From NCBI RefSeq assembly GCF_001194135.2, contig NC_068990.1:26305296-26357474 (forward strand): a stretch of 52,179 bases of DNA, read 5' to 3'. The notes below the pieces were generated by a model. It was given only the letters and a program-made list of their open reading frames with translations. It made no database searches and was not told where the DNA came from. Numbering within the stretch: the stretch's first letter is position 1; each line of letters starts with the position of its first letter. The DNA comes from Octopus bimaculoides. Lineage: Eukaryota. This document shows, one piece after another, positions 1 to 11,542 of this stretch. The translations under genes and the position numbers were made by a program.

Positions 1-53
1 TATATATGTATATATATGTATGTGTGTGTAAAAGAGTAAAAGAGTATATATAT

Positions 54-218
54 AGGCACAGCAGTGGCTGTGTGGTAGGTAGCTTGCTTACCAACCACAT
101 GGTTCTGGGTTCAGTCCACTGCGTGGCACCTTGGGCAAGTGTCTTCTACTATAGCCTCGGGCCGACCAAAGCCTTGTGAGTGCATTTGGTAGACGGAAAC
201 TGAAAGAAGCCTGTCGTA
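54..218 (+). mobile_element. SINE family A (tRNA-headed), 5' part; first unit of a local tandem duplication
   Basis: Head GGCTGTGTGGTAGGTAGC...GGGTTCAGTCC (A/B-box-like), then GGCACCTTGGGCAAGTGTCTTCTACTATAGCC; same body recurs more than 15 times in the window. Confidence 0.85.
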
Positions 219-269
219 TATATGTATATATATGTATGTGTGTGTAAAAGAGTAAAAGAGTATATATAT

Positions 270-409
270 AGGCACAGCAGTGGCTGTGTGGTAAGTAGCT
301 TGCTTACCAACCACATGGTTCCGGGTTCAGTCCCACTGCGTGGCACCTACTTGGCCTGACCAAAGTCTTGTGAGTGCATTTGGTAGATGGAAACTGAAAC
401 AAGCCCGTC

Positions 410-445
<36 letters not shown>

Positions 446-676
446 GTGTATGCATGTGTGTGTATGTATGGGTTTGTTTGTGTCTGTGTTTGTCCCCCCA
501 CCATCACTTGACAACCGATGCTGGTGTGTTTACGTCCCCGTAACTTAGCGGTTCGGCAAAAGATACCAATAAAATAAGTATTAAGCTTACAAAAGATAAG
601 TCCTGGGGTCGGTTTGTTCGACTAAAGGCAGTGCTCCAGCATAGCCGCAGTCAAATGACTGAAACAAGTAAAAAGA
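270..676 (+). mobile_element. SINE family A, near full length with central (TA)n(TG)n microsatellite
   Basis: Head, body, central microsatellite and tail GCAGTCAAATGACTGAAACAAGTAAAA match the copies at 26085-26495 and 40965-41370. Confidence 0.9.
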
Positions 677-961
677 AAAAATATATAGAGAGATACATTA
701 CATATACACACTTTATATATACATGTATGTGAGTGTGTGTCTCTGCGCATACATACAGAATATAGATTTCGCATATTGTTCATACTTTGTGCTCAACAGC
801 TGTTTCATTAGGATAAACGTCATTGGTTCCATAATAATGTAGCTGTGGCACTTAAATTTCATAAAAATTTTTATTTACTTAATTCATCAGAAGTATTATG
901 TGCTGTGTTAATCAGAAAGCCATTATTGGTGTATGTATAAACACAATGGTACTTACATACG

Positions 962-995
<34 letters not shown>

Positions 996-999
996 CAAT

Positions 1000-1160
1000 A
1001 TTATGTGTCCATTTTTCATGCTGGCATCGGTTAGATGGTTCGACTGGAACTGGTAAGTCAGAGAGCTGTACCAGACTCCCATCTGTTTTGGCTGGGTTCC
1101 TACAGATGGATGCACTCCTTGATGCCAACCACTCCACAGAGTGTACCAGGTGCCTTTTAC
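1000..1160 (-). mobile_element. RTE-clade LINE 3' end fragment
   Basis: CATGCTGGCATCGGTTAGATGG...GGATGCACTCCTTGATGCCAACCAC matches the 3' UTR found downstream of RTE ORF remnants at 17.9 kb and 42.7 kb. Confidence 0.75.
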
Positions 1161-2183
1161 ATATACATATTTAAATACACACACACACACCAACACACAC
1201 ACACACACACACACACACACCAACACACACACACACACATACACACACACACNNNNNNNNNNCACACACACACACACACACACACCAACACACACACACA
1301 CACATACACACACACACACACCAACACACACACACATACACACACACACATACATATACACATATACATGCATACATACATTCATATGAACAGAAACACA
1401 TGCATATACACATATATACATTTATCTTATTGGAGAAAGATATTGTGGCTTGCTGCTCACAGTCCCTGAACATCTCATAAGGTTGGTGATCTTGTGTGGC
1501 CATTCAAGTTATATTATTTAGCTTCTATTTCTAGCAATTTCAGGTGCTATTTGCACCCTTATTTATGTATTTTGCCTGTTTGGTTCTTAATTGTTTTAGC
1601 CACCTATATTATAATGTACTCAATATATCATAATATATTAGTTTATTGTTATAATATCTTATTATATTTTACATACATGCATGTATATATTTCACCAAAA
1701 ACCTAAATACATTATCATAAATTCCACCCCCATCATTGCCCCGTGTTCCAGATGCTTTATGTTCTATAAAATCCTGCGGCATCTTCATGAAAACTAAAGC
1801 TGAAGTTCCTTTGAAGTGATATACAGAAATCAAAGGAAATTGCAGGAGGTAATGGACAGCCTCCAGGGAGAGAAATCCCATGATACTTTGGAGACACAGA
1901 AGACACGCTGTAATTGTTTGCTGTGAATATATTTCTAGAGAAGGGATGCAAAGGGGAGGGGGGGAGACCGTTTCAAAGAGGATCTAGGAATGGATAGGAA
2001 TAAAATATGATGTACATTATTAAGTATAGTACCGATGTACTTCCTCAAGGTTTTCTTTGAGAATCTGCTGATGCCATCTGAAAATGGTTCTGAGTTGTGA
2101 TGGAACAGATTCTGTTTCAAGTCGAAATAATGGAAACCTTTGAAGCCAGCTGTTATTTTTCTTTCTCTTGTTAGTTAATCCCA

Positions 2184-2217
<34 letters not shown>

Positions 2218-2390
2218 CATTATCTATTTTATGCTGGCATGAGTTTGATGGTTCCACAGGATCCAACAGACTGGAATACCAGGTCTTGCTCCAATGTGTC
2301 TAAGTTTCCAAAGCTAGATGCTCTTCTTCACTCCAATCGCTTTACAGAGTGTAGTGGGTGTTTCATGCGACACCAGCACTTGTTGGGGCT
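2218..2390 (-). mobile_element. RTE-clade LINE 3' end fragment
   Basis: ATGCTGGCATGAGTTTGATGG...GATGCTCTTCTTCACTCCAATCGCTTTACAGAGTGTAGTGGGTG, same family. Confidence 0.7.
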
Positions 2391-2483
2391 GACTTGTAGC
2401 TATAGCAAAGCATTAACTATGCACCTGATGATGAATGAAACAGTTGGTCATGGGAGGATAGTAATGAGAAGACTGATAAAGGG

Positions 2484-2554
<71 letters not shown>

Positions 2555-2671
2555 GTACTTTTTGGTTATCTCACCCTCATTAAAAAATTGGGTTATCTCC
2601 ACCCCGTTTNNNNNNNNNNATTAACACGAAAACTGAAAAAATTAATAAACAAAAAAATTGAAAAGGTTAAG

Positions 2672-2929
2672 TATGAGGGTGAGTCAAAAAGTAATGCGAT
2701 TTTCTTTATTTCATGTGAAGTTTTTGATAAAAATAACTGAAAATGATTCTATCATTTACGTTCTGGAATATTTTGTTTCTTACGTTTCAGGTTTTTAGAC
2801 TGGTAAGGAAAATTCAAAATGGCTTCCCCCTTAGAGTTATGTCAAAAACAAAGAGCAGTGATTGAATTTCTTGTTGCTGAGGGGGAAACCCCTTTGAACA
2901 TTCACCGACGATTATAAAATGTCTTTGGT
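2672..2929 (+). mobile_element. Mariner (Tc1/mariner) 5' end with transposase N-terminal pseudogene
   Basis: TA + TGAGGGTGAGTCAAAAAGTAA TIR at 2672; ATG at 2819 reads MASPLELCQKQRAVIEFLVAEGETPLNIHRRL*NVFG, typical of the mariner HTH N-terminus; in-frame stop at 2915-2917; same TIR at 34923. Confidence 0.85.
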
Positions 2930-3040
2930 TGGCCCAAGGCTATAGTAGAAGATACATGCCCAAGGTGGCACATAGTTGGACTGAACCCGGAACCATGTGG
3001 TTGAGAAGCAAACTTCTTACCACACAGCCACTCCTGCACA
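2921..3040 (-). mobile_element. SINE family A 5' half
   Basis: Reverse complement of head and body (GGCTATAGTAGAAGATAC...CTTCTTACCACACAGCCACTCCTGC). Confidence 0.85.
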
Positions 3041-3192
3041 TATATATATACACACACACATACAGATATAGGGTAAAAATTAATAATTAATTAATAATTA
3101 GTAATTTTACCAAGTAGTGTGGTGCGTTAAAAAACCATTATCGGTAAATTTATATAGACAAAATTAAAATTTAGGGTTTAGCAAGCATTGCT

Positions 3193-3231
<39 letters not shown>

Positions 3232-4226
3232 TATACATACATTCACACATATATATGTTCTTAGATTTTGTTGATTCAGTTCTACATTCTTCTTGTTTCC
3301 AACAATTGCTTTACTACAGGAACCAAATATGGTAATGCCAAGTTTCCACTTTCTCACCATTCCTTAATATATTATCTCAGACACTAGCTAAGTTCTTCAG
3401 TTGCTTTAGGCATTCAGTTCCAGTGACTCGGGTTCTGGGACATTTCCTAACAAGAAAGTTCTTAATGATCAATTTCAGCACTTCGTAATCAAAGAATTTT
3501 CTTTGCAAGTCTTTAGAATCTATCTAATATTCTATTTGATTTCCTGCAGCATTTCATTGTTTTCGTCTTGGACTGTTTTGTTAACAAGCAACCACTAGAG
3601 ACATCTTCCATAACCTCTCCCCTCACACCGTTCCACCATTCATACACATATGTTCCTTCCGCTGTTGTATCGTTTGGCCATTAAACGGTAATTTTTAAGA
3701 ACAAGTTGAGATTGCCAGTGTACATCTTGTATATTAATTTCTATGAGAGGTTACAGGAAGTAAACGGAACATTGAAACAGAAATAAAATCTAGTAAGAAA
3801 TAAATAAAAATATGACAGTAAAACAAAAATAAAAAAAACAAAACGTGATGTCAGTCAATGCATAACTAAATTTTTATTTTCTTCTTGATTTTTTGTTGAG
3901 GAGATAAATCCGGATATGTCTCGCTATTTGGTTCAATCATATGTAAAAAAAATTTTTCATATCCGGAGATCCTAACCTCTACAGAAAATCAGAGAGGGAA
4001 GAATCAATAAATGGATATTTTACATCAGTTTAATTTGTTGGTTTCAGCCAGAGGCTGTGGCCTTGCTGGAGCACTGCCATTAGTACAATTGGTAGTTCAT
4101 TTCAAACTCATTTACCTGGTCCTTCCTCTGATACTCTGTGATAGCGTCCAGTTCAGTGTGTTCCTATAGCTTTCAATCCCAAAGGTAGGGGCTAGTCCCT
4201 TCAGGATCTTCCATGGATCTTCCATA

Positions 4227-4258
<32 letters not shown>

Positions 4259-4276
4259 TGTGTGTAAGTATATATA

Positions 4277-4499
4277 TATGGGAAGGTGCTAAAAAATTTC
4301 CTGGCTTTAAGGGTATCACAAAAGACCTGGCTGGAGGCTCAACCTTCCGAGTTCTTTTACAGGGTTTAGAAAAACTGAAGGCCCGCTGCAAAAAGTGTGT
4401 GAATCTGAGATGGGAGTATGTTTAATAAAATCATAAATAACTGAACCTCCTGTATTTTCTTTTACCCAAAAACTGGGAACTTTTCAGCAACCCCATGTA
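4277..4499 (+). mobile_element. Mariner-derived MITE (about 220 bp)
   Basis: Imperfect TIRs (TATGGGAAGGTGCTAAAAAATTTCCTGG / CTGGGAACTTTTCAGCAACCCCATGTA) with TA ends; interior keeps a mariner C-terminus LLQGLEKLKARCKKCVNLRWEYV*. Confidence 0.8.
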
Positions 4500-4564
4500 T
4501 ATGTATGTGTGTATGCGTGTATGTGTGTGTGCATGTATGCATGTTTGTGTGTGTGTGTGCGTGT

Positions 4565-4765
4565 GTAAATGTGGCTGTGTGGTAAGAAGCTTGTTTCCCA
4601 ACCGCATGGTTCCAGGTTCAGTCCCACTGCATGGCACCATGTGCAAATCGATAGAATGAGTACTAGGCTTACAAAGAATAAGTCCTGGGGTTAAATTGTT
4701 CAACTAAAGGCAGTGCTGTAGCATGGCTGCAGTCAAATGACTGAAACAAGTAAAAGAATAAAAGA
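4565..4765 (+). mobile_element. SINE family A, internally deleted (head joined directly to tail)
   Basis: Head to CATGGCACC followed directly by GATAGAATGAGTACTAGGC tail. Confidence 0.8.
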
Positions 4766-4789
4766 ATACATACATACATATATATATCC

Positions 4790-4821
<32 letters not shown>

Positions 4822-5161
4822 NNNNNNNNNNNNNNNNNNNNNNNNNNNNNNNNNNNNNNNNNNNNNNNNNNNNNNNNNNNNNNNNNNNNNNNNNNNNNNN
4901 NNNNNNNNNNNNNNNNNNNNNNNNNNNNNNNNNNNNNNNNNNNNNNNNNNNNNNNNNNNNNNNNNNNNNNNNNNNNNNNNNNNNNNNNNNNNNNNNNNNN
5001 NNNNNNNNNNNNNNNNNNNNNNNNNNNNNNNNNNNNNNNNNNNNNNNNNNNNNNNNNNNNNNNNNNNNNNNNNNNNNNNNNNNNNNNNNNNNNNNNNNNN
5101 NNNNNNNNNNNNNNNNNNNNNNNNNNNNNNNNNNNNNNNNNNNNNNNNNNNNNNNNNNNNN

Positions 5162-5203
<42 letters not shown>

Positions 5204-5205
<2 letters not shown>

Positions 5206-5370
5206 ATCATCATTTAACGTCCGTTGTCCATGCTGGCATGGGTTAGATGTTTTGACTTGGCTGGCACACTGGAAGGCTGCACCAGACTCCAGTCTGTTTT
5301 GGCATGGTTTTCAATGGCTGGATGCCCTTCCTAATGCCAACCACTCTGAGAGTGTAGTGGGTGCTTTACG
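5204..5370 (-). mobile_element. RTE 3' end (left member of an inverted pair)
   Basis: (CAT)n tail then TTTAACGTCCG...GGATGCCCTTCCTAATGCCAACCACT. Confidence 0.8.
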
Positions 5371-5544
5371 TCATTTGTGTCTTCTCTCTGGACAGTACCA
5401 TCTCCGTTCTTTTTTGTCTATTTGTGGAGAAAAATTCAGAGAGGATTTGGAAGACAATGGTTAAGTTAATATTAGCATAATTAACACTCCTGATGTCTTT
5501 TATTCTAGGCTTGACAACTTCACCAATACTTAAAAAGAAGAAGC

Positions 5545-5695
5545 ACCTGGTACACGCTGTAAAATGGTTGGCATTAGGAAGGGCATCCAGCTGTAGGAAC
5601 CATACCAAATCAGTCATGACACATGATGAAGCACTGTAACTATCATACTGTTCTAGCCATGCCAGCGTGGAAAATGGACAGTAAAATGATGGTTG
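5545..5695 (+). mobile_element. RTE 3' end (right member of an inverted pair)
   Basis: TGGTTGGCATTAGGAAGGGCATCCAGCTGTAG...CCATGCCAGCGTGGAAAATGGAC. Confidence 0.75.
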
Positions 5696-7108
5696 GAAGT
5701 AGGTGAGAGTTGGTGACTGGAAGAGTATCCCATCAGAGTAAATTTGCTTCATCATTTTCCATCAAACTGAGTAAGGAAAAAGAACAATAACAGCAATTTA
5801 ATTACAGGAAATATTGCTTATTCTGCAAAATTCCAGCCAAAATCTTGATTATTTTTCAAAATTAATTGAAACACGTAGGGGATATATTTCATTAAAAATG
5901 ATAGTCATAAAGAGGGTTAATGCATAAATTATGAAATAATGAACAAGAAATGAATATTTGGTGAGAGAAAAATAAATAAACAAAAGGTGAAAAAAAATAA
6001 ATGAAAAATAAAGTAATCAATGATTAATACAATTTTTTTTTTTTTTCTGGGAAGAAGCGGAGAGAAGTTTTGATAAATAATTCCAAAGTAATTATTTTTG
6101 TTTCCTTTGGTTATGAAAAATGGTGAGAATATTTGGCAGCCATGTTGATTGGTACCCTGGTACCATTTATGGTATCTTTGGAAAAATCAAATTACTTCAG
6201 TAAAAAATATTTTAAAAAAAAGGGTAATATTTCTAGGAATGTAGAGGGCAGATCTGGACTGGTGGTACTTATACATACATATATACATACATACATGTGT
6301 GTGTGTGTGTGTATCTATGCTTGAAAGACTAATTATAAATTAGAAGCCATTCTAAAAGGACTCGAGGCAGGGTTATGCATGTGGATGTATATATAAATAT
6401 ACATGCAGAAAGAGAGAGTTATGATAGATCTAAATGATTTATACGTACATACATGCACACACATATAAATTACACACACACCCGCACACACAAACATATA
6501 CATATATAATAGATTTATTTTATATACATAGATACACATATATCATAGATTTTATATATATATAAATACATACAAACATAAATGGTAGATTTACATTATA
6601 TACACATACACACGTGCATGTATGTGTATATGTATATGTGTGTGTGTATATATATATATATATAAGCTTATGCCAAATTACCATTCCATCGATGAATAAT
6701 CTCAACAGCTTAATGGTCAAGAGATTAGATTCTAGGAGAGATTATTCCACAGAATATTACATAATCTCCACAGAAAGAGATTTCAAGAAATGATAGATGT
6801 TACCANNNNNNNNNNNNNNNNNNNNNNNNNNNNNNNNNNNNNNNNNNNNNNNNNNNNNNNNNNNNNNNNNNNNNNNNNNNNNNNNNNNNNNNNNNNNNNN
6901 NNNNNNNNNNNNNNNNNNNNNNNNNNNNNNNNNNNNNNNNNNNNNNNNNNNNNNNNNNNNNNNNNNNNNNNNNNNNNNNNNNNNNNNNNNNNNNNNNNNN
7001 NNNNNNNNNNNNNNNNNNNNNNNNNNNNNNNNNNNNNNNNNNNNNNNNNNNNNNNNNNNNNNNNNNNNNNNNNNNNNNNNNNNNNNNNNNNNNNNNNNNN
7101 NNNNNNNN

Positions 7109-7139
<31 letters not shown>

Positions 7140-7682
7140 GTATATATATATATATATAAGCTTATGCCAAATTACCATTCCATCGATGAATAATCTCAAC
7201 AGCTTAATGGTCAAGAGATTAGATTCTAGGAGAGATTATTCCACAGAATATTACATAATCTCCACAGAAAGAGATTTCAAGAAATGATAGATGTTACCAA
7301 CTTGTATTGGCAGTGCATCTCATGTCACAAATAGCTTCTCCGAGATATCCCAGACACAAAGTTTTCAGCAACTAACATACAATCAGATACACACAGAAAA
7401 ATATTCAGGGATTTCTTCTTGGCATATTTTCTATTTGTTTTGGTTCCTAGCAAATGAAGTAAGCCTGACTATTATTATTAATACTGAAATATTAATAACA
7501 ACCAATGGGATTTGCGATATATATATATATATGTATGTATCTATGTATATGTATGTATGTATGTATGTATGTATAAGAAATGTGCTGTGCTTATCTGTGT
7601 ATATGAGATAAAGTTTCTCCAAGCAATGATTGTTAGTTTTGGGCCTGTATCAGTTTTACTAACATTTATTTCTTAAAGAGAG

Positions 7683-8015
7683 TGAAGTGGTGTGTGGCTT
7701 AGTGGTTAGGGACATTTGGCTCACAATTCTAAAGACATGAGTTTGATTCCTGGCAGCACGTTTTGTCCTTGGGCAAGACACTTTATTTCACATTGCTCCA
7801 GTTGCATTTAGCTGGCAAAACAAGTTGTACCTGTAATTCAAAAGGGGCCAGCCTTGTCACGCACTGTGTCATGTTGAATTTACCTGAGAACTACGTTAAG
7901 GGTACATGTGTCTGTGGAGTGCTCGGCCACTTGCACATTAATTTCATGAGCAGGCTGTTCCATTGATTGGATCAACTGGAATCCTCGTTGTTGTTGTCAT
8001 AAGCAATGGGGTGGT
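7683..8015 (+). mobile_element. SINE family C (tRNA-headed)
   Basis: A-box TGGCTTAGTGG, B-box GAGTTTGATTCC, TGTCCTTGGGCAAGACACTTT motif; homologous copies at 8.0-8.8, 42.9-43.7 and 51.3 kb. Confidence 0.85.
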
Positions 8016-8220
8016 CGCTTTAAGTGGAGGCACATGACTCAGTAGTTTGAGTATTAAACTCACAAATGCAAGATTGTGATCTTCACAGCAGCACATTGTG
8101 TCTTCAAGTAACGCATTTTATGTCACATTGCTCTAGTCTGCTCAACTGACAAACAAGAGCTGTACCTGTAATTCCAAAAGGGCCAGCCTTGTCATATTAT
8201 GAATCCTTCTAAGAATAACA

Positions 8221-8452
8221 TTAACCCTTTCAACACCAACCCGGCTGAAACTGCCTCTGGCTCTGTAGAACAAATGTCTTGTTTTCATATAAGTTTTGAA
8301 TTAAAATCTTCCACCAAACCTCAGTCACAATTTATGTTCCTAACACTAGCTGAATGATAACTAAGTTATTTTACTAAATTCTTTGTTATATTTAAAATTA
8401 ATTGAAAGAAACACAGAACATCTCAACAGAAATATGGTAACAAAAGGGTTAA
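8221..8452. mobile_element. piggyBac-type MITE, copy 1
   Basis: TTAA-CCCTTT...AAAGGG-TTAA: canonical piggyBac termini and TTAA TSD. Confidence 0.85.
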
Positions 8453-8467
8453 AGTCACCATGATATT

Positions 8468-8699
8468 TTAAACTCTTTCGATATCAATCCAGCTGAAACC
8501 ACCTCTGGATCTGTTGTATAAATGTCTTGTTTTTCAAAAGTTTTGAATTAAAATCTTCCACCAAACCTTAGTCACAATTTATGTTCTTAACACTAGCTGA
8601 ATGATAACTAAGTTATTTTACTAAATTCTTTGTTATATCTAAAATAGTTGAGAGAAAAACAGAACATTTCAAAATAAATACAATAACGAATGGGGTTAA
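8468..8699. mobile_element. piggyBac-type MITE, copy 2 (tandem, diverged)
   Basis: TTAA at both ends; interior collinear with copy 1 (e.g. TTTTGAATTAAAATCTTCCACCAAACC, CACTAGCTGAATGATAACTAAGTTATTTTACTAAATTCTTTG). Confidence 0.8.
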
Positions 8700-9009
8700 G
8701 AGCAGCATACATGTCTGTGGAGTGCTCAGCCACTTGCTCGTTAATCTCACAAGCAGGCTGTTCCGTTGATCGGATCAACTGGAACCCTCATCGTAGTAAC
8801 TGATGGAATGCTATTTTCTTTTTATTAAAGAGATCCTCTTGTGGTACGAGCAGACTGAGAGACTTGTATTGATCATATACCAACCCTGTATCTATCTGCC
8901 TATCTATATATCTACCTATGAGCTTCCATATATCGATCTGCATATCTAACTATTGTCCTATATAACTGTTAATCTTCCTATCCAGTTACTATCTATTATC
9001 TCTCCCTAC

Positions 9010-9043
<34 letters not shown>

Positions 9044-9789
9044 GTCTTCTTATCTTATCTATCTGTATATATCTATATATTGGTCCATTTATTTATTTAT
9101 TTATCAACTCTGTATATCTGTTAATCAATTTATCTATATCTGCATATTGGCCTACATATCTGTTTATCAACTTATCTAAATTTATGTCTACCTGTATATG
9201 TGTTAAACAACTTACCTTTAAAAATATATACATTAGCCTATATATATGTATTTATTGATATCAAAATAAATATCTGTTTCTATTTATATTTATCAACTTA
9301 TCTTTTATCAATATACTTATGTCTTTTAATCATCCTATCTCCTCATCAATTTATATCTATGTATGTATCTATCAACCTATATATCTATCTATATGCTTAT
9401 ATATCTTCTAATCAACTTATTTATATTTTTTCTTGTCTATCTCCCTATCAACTACATGTGCACATGTATGCACATATATATGTGTGTGTGTGTATGTATG
9501 TATGTATATATATATACATATATATACTATATATACATATATATAATATATATATACATATATATATAATATATATATGTATGTGTATATATATATATAT
9601 ATATGTATAAGCGGACGTTAAACGATGATGATGATGATGATATACATATATATAATATATATAAATAAATTTATAAATTATTAATATATATATATAATAT
9701 ATAAATACACACACACACAAACTTATATGCATGTATGTGCGTGTGTGTATCTGACTGTTTGTCTATCCGTCTATCTATCTATCTATCTA

Positions 9790-9834
<45 letters not shown>

Positions 9835-10038
9835 NNNNNNNNNNNNNNNNNNNNNNNNNNNNNNNNNNNNNNNNNNNNNNNNNNNNNNNNNNNNNNNNNN
9901 NNNNNNNNNNNNNNNNNNNNNNNNNNNNNNNNNNNNNNNNNNNNNNNNNNNNNNNNNNNNNNNNNNNNNNNNNNNNNNNNNNNNNNNNNNNNNNNNNNNN
10001 NNNNNNNNNNNNNNNNNNNNNNNNNNNNTATATATATA

Positions 10039-10074
<36 letters not shown>

Positions 10075-10540
10075 AACTTACATGTATGTATATCTGCCTA
10101 CGTGTATCTCTTTATCATCTATACCTATCTGTTGTTCTCTCTGTCAATTTATCAAACAATCTCTCTCATTTTTCCAGCATTTAATTAATTGTTTCTTGAG
10201 CAAACATAACATGCAAGACGAGGAAACCTGGCAGAGGCCAGATGAAAGACAAACACAATGGAGGTGCAGAGCGTTGTAGATGTTATTCAGGAGATAGGGC
10301 GGTTGTGGCAGTGATATTTTATTTCTAGAAATTGTCTGGAATGTTGCCATAAATCTTGAAGAAATCCAAGAAACACAAATATATATATATAAAAAAAAAT
10401 AAAAATAGAGATGGGAAAACATAAAAATATCTCAAAAGTCTTGATAAAAGATATCCACACACATACATATATATATTCTTTTATGCGTTTTAACTCAGAG
10501 GTTGTTGCCATGCTGGAGGCACCACAAGTGAAAGATAGTG

Positions 10541-10591
10541 TTCGCATGACAGGAATCAAACCGGAGTTGCCTGAATGAAAGCCAGGAATCC
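10541..10591 (-). pseudogene. 5'-truncated tRNA-Glu(TTC) pseudogene
   Basis: Minus strand reads GGATTCCTGG-CTTTCAT-TCAGGCAACTCCGGTTTGATTCCTGTCATGCGAA, collinear with the 3' two-thirds of animal tRNA-Glu(TTC); 5' acceptor strand and D-arm absent. Confidence 0.65.
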
Positions 10592-10602
10592 ATATATATC
10601 TG

Positions 10603-10769
10603 TTTTTGGAAGAGTGAATCTTGAAGCAGATAGAGCTGTAAGTAATAATATGTAAATATTGGATGAAAATGTTGAGGGTTGTCTTCAACTTTTTCTATCC
10701 AAATGGTTTTTAATGCAGTATTTATAATGCTATTATCTATAACTTTATCTACTTCAAGCTTCACCAAAA
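10603..10769. mobile_element. Old MITE-like element with roughly 30 bp terminal inverted repeats
   Basis: GTGAATCTTGAAGCAGATAGAGCT (10614-10637) versus the reverse complement GTGAAGCTTGAAGTAGATAAAGTT (10741-10764); related one-ended copy at 46255. Confidence 0.55.
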
Positions 10770-10834
10770 TTAATGCATGTTCTCAAAGTACAAATTCTCT
10801 TGATGTCAACTATCATCACCATCATCATCATCAC

Positions 10835-11045
10835 TGCCATCATCATTTAACTTCTGTTTTCCATGCTGTCATGGGTTGGATGGTTTGACAGGAGCTGGTA
10901 AGGCCAGCAACTGCATCAGGTTTCTATTGTCTGTTTTGGCATGGGTTATATGGCCAGATGCCCTTCCTAACACCAACCACTTTACAGAGTGCACTGGGTG
11001 ATTTCTATGTGACACCAGCATCAGTGCTTTTTATGTGGCACCTGC
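10835..11045 (-). mobile_element. RTE 3' end (left member of a second inverted pair)
   Basis: (CAT)n tail, CCATGCTGTCATGGGTTGGATGG, GATGCCCTTCCTAACACCAACCACT. Confidence 0.8.
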
Positions 11046-11294
11046 ATTGATAGAGTCGTCAAGTACCTTGCACAATGAGAACCCCTTAACTGGGAACTGT
11101 CTATCTATATATATATATAAATATATGTATACACATGCATTCACACCCCCACACAAATTGGGAACTCTGTGTGTATGTGTGTGTGTATTTCATGATGTGT
11201 GTATATGTATGAACACCTATATATATATATATTTGTTAACCGATCATCTCCAACATTCACAGATGCAAACCTATACACATTATATATACTAGAG

Positions 11295-11542
11295 TGGCAC
11301 GTAAAAAGCACCATTTGAGTGTGGTCATTGCCAGTACCCCCTGACTGGCTCCTGTGCTGATGGCACATACAAAGCATCCACTACAAACACTGAGTGTTTG
11401 GTGTTATGAAGGGCATCCACCTGTAGAAACCTTGCCAGATTTAGATTGGAGCCTGGTGCAGCCTCCTGGCTTGCCAGTCCTCAGTCAAACCATCCAACCC
11501 ATGCCAGCATGGAAAGCGGATGTTAAACGATGATGATGATGA
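11295..11542 (+). mobile_element. RTE 3' end (right member of a second inverted pair)
   Basis: GAAGGGCATCC...CCAACCCATGCCAGCATGGAAAGCGGATGTTAAAC(GAT)n. Confidence 0.85.

Larger units (their letters stand above)
8025..8810 (+). mobile_element. SINE family C, degenerate, interrupted by piggyBac MITEs
   Basis: Family C body continues on both sides of the TTAA-bounded insertions. Confidence 0.7.

Noticed and set aside
1721-2150. Coding-looking islands (e.g. EVIYRNQRKLQEVMDSLQGEKSHDTLETQK)
   Set aside because: All frames are interrupted by stops within about 40-65 codons and no family is recognised; left unannotated.
4116-4163. Minus-strand 48 bp micro-exon EHTELDAITEYQRKDQ
   Set aside because: Poor polypyrimidine tract and phase-incompatible with the neighbouring candidate at 3740.
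6661-7299. 145 bp direct repeat (6661-6805 = 7155-7299)
   Set aside because: Identical copies sit on either side of an N-gap next to TA runs; most likely overlapping contig ends.
7291-7458. Plus-strand ORF or exon (…EKYSGISSWHIFYLFWFLANE, GTAAGC donor)
   Set aside because: No recognisable homology, several equally plausible acceptors, and no partner exon identified.
10592-10643. Exon ending at a perfect GTAAGT donor (10638)
   Set aside because: The donor lies in the terminal inverted repeat of a MITE-like element.
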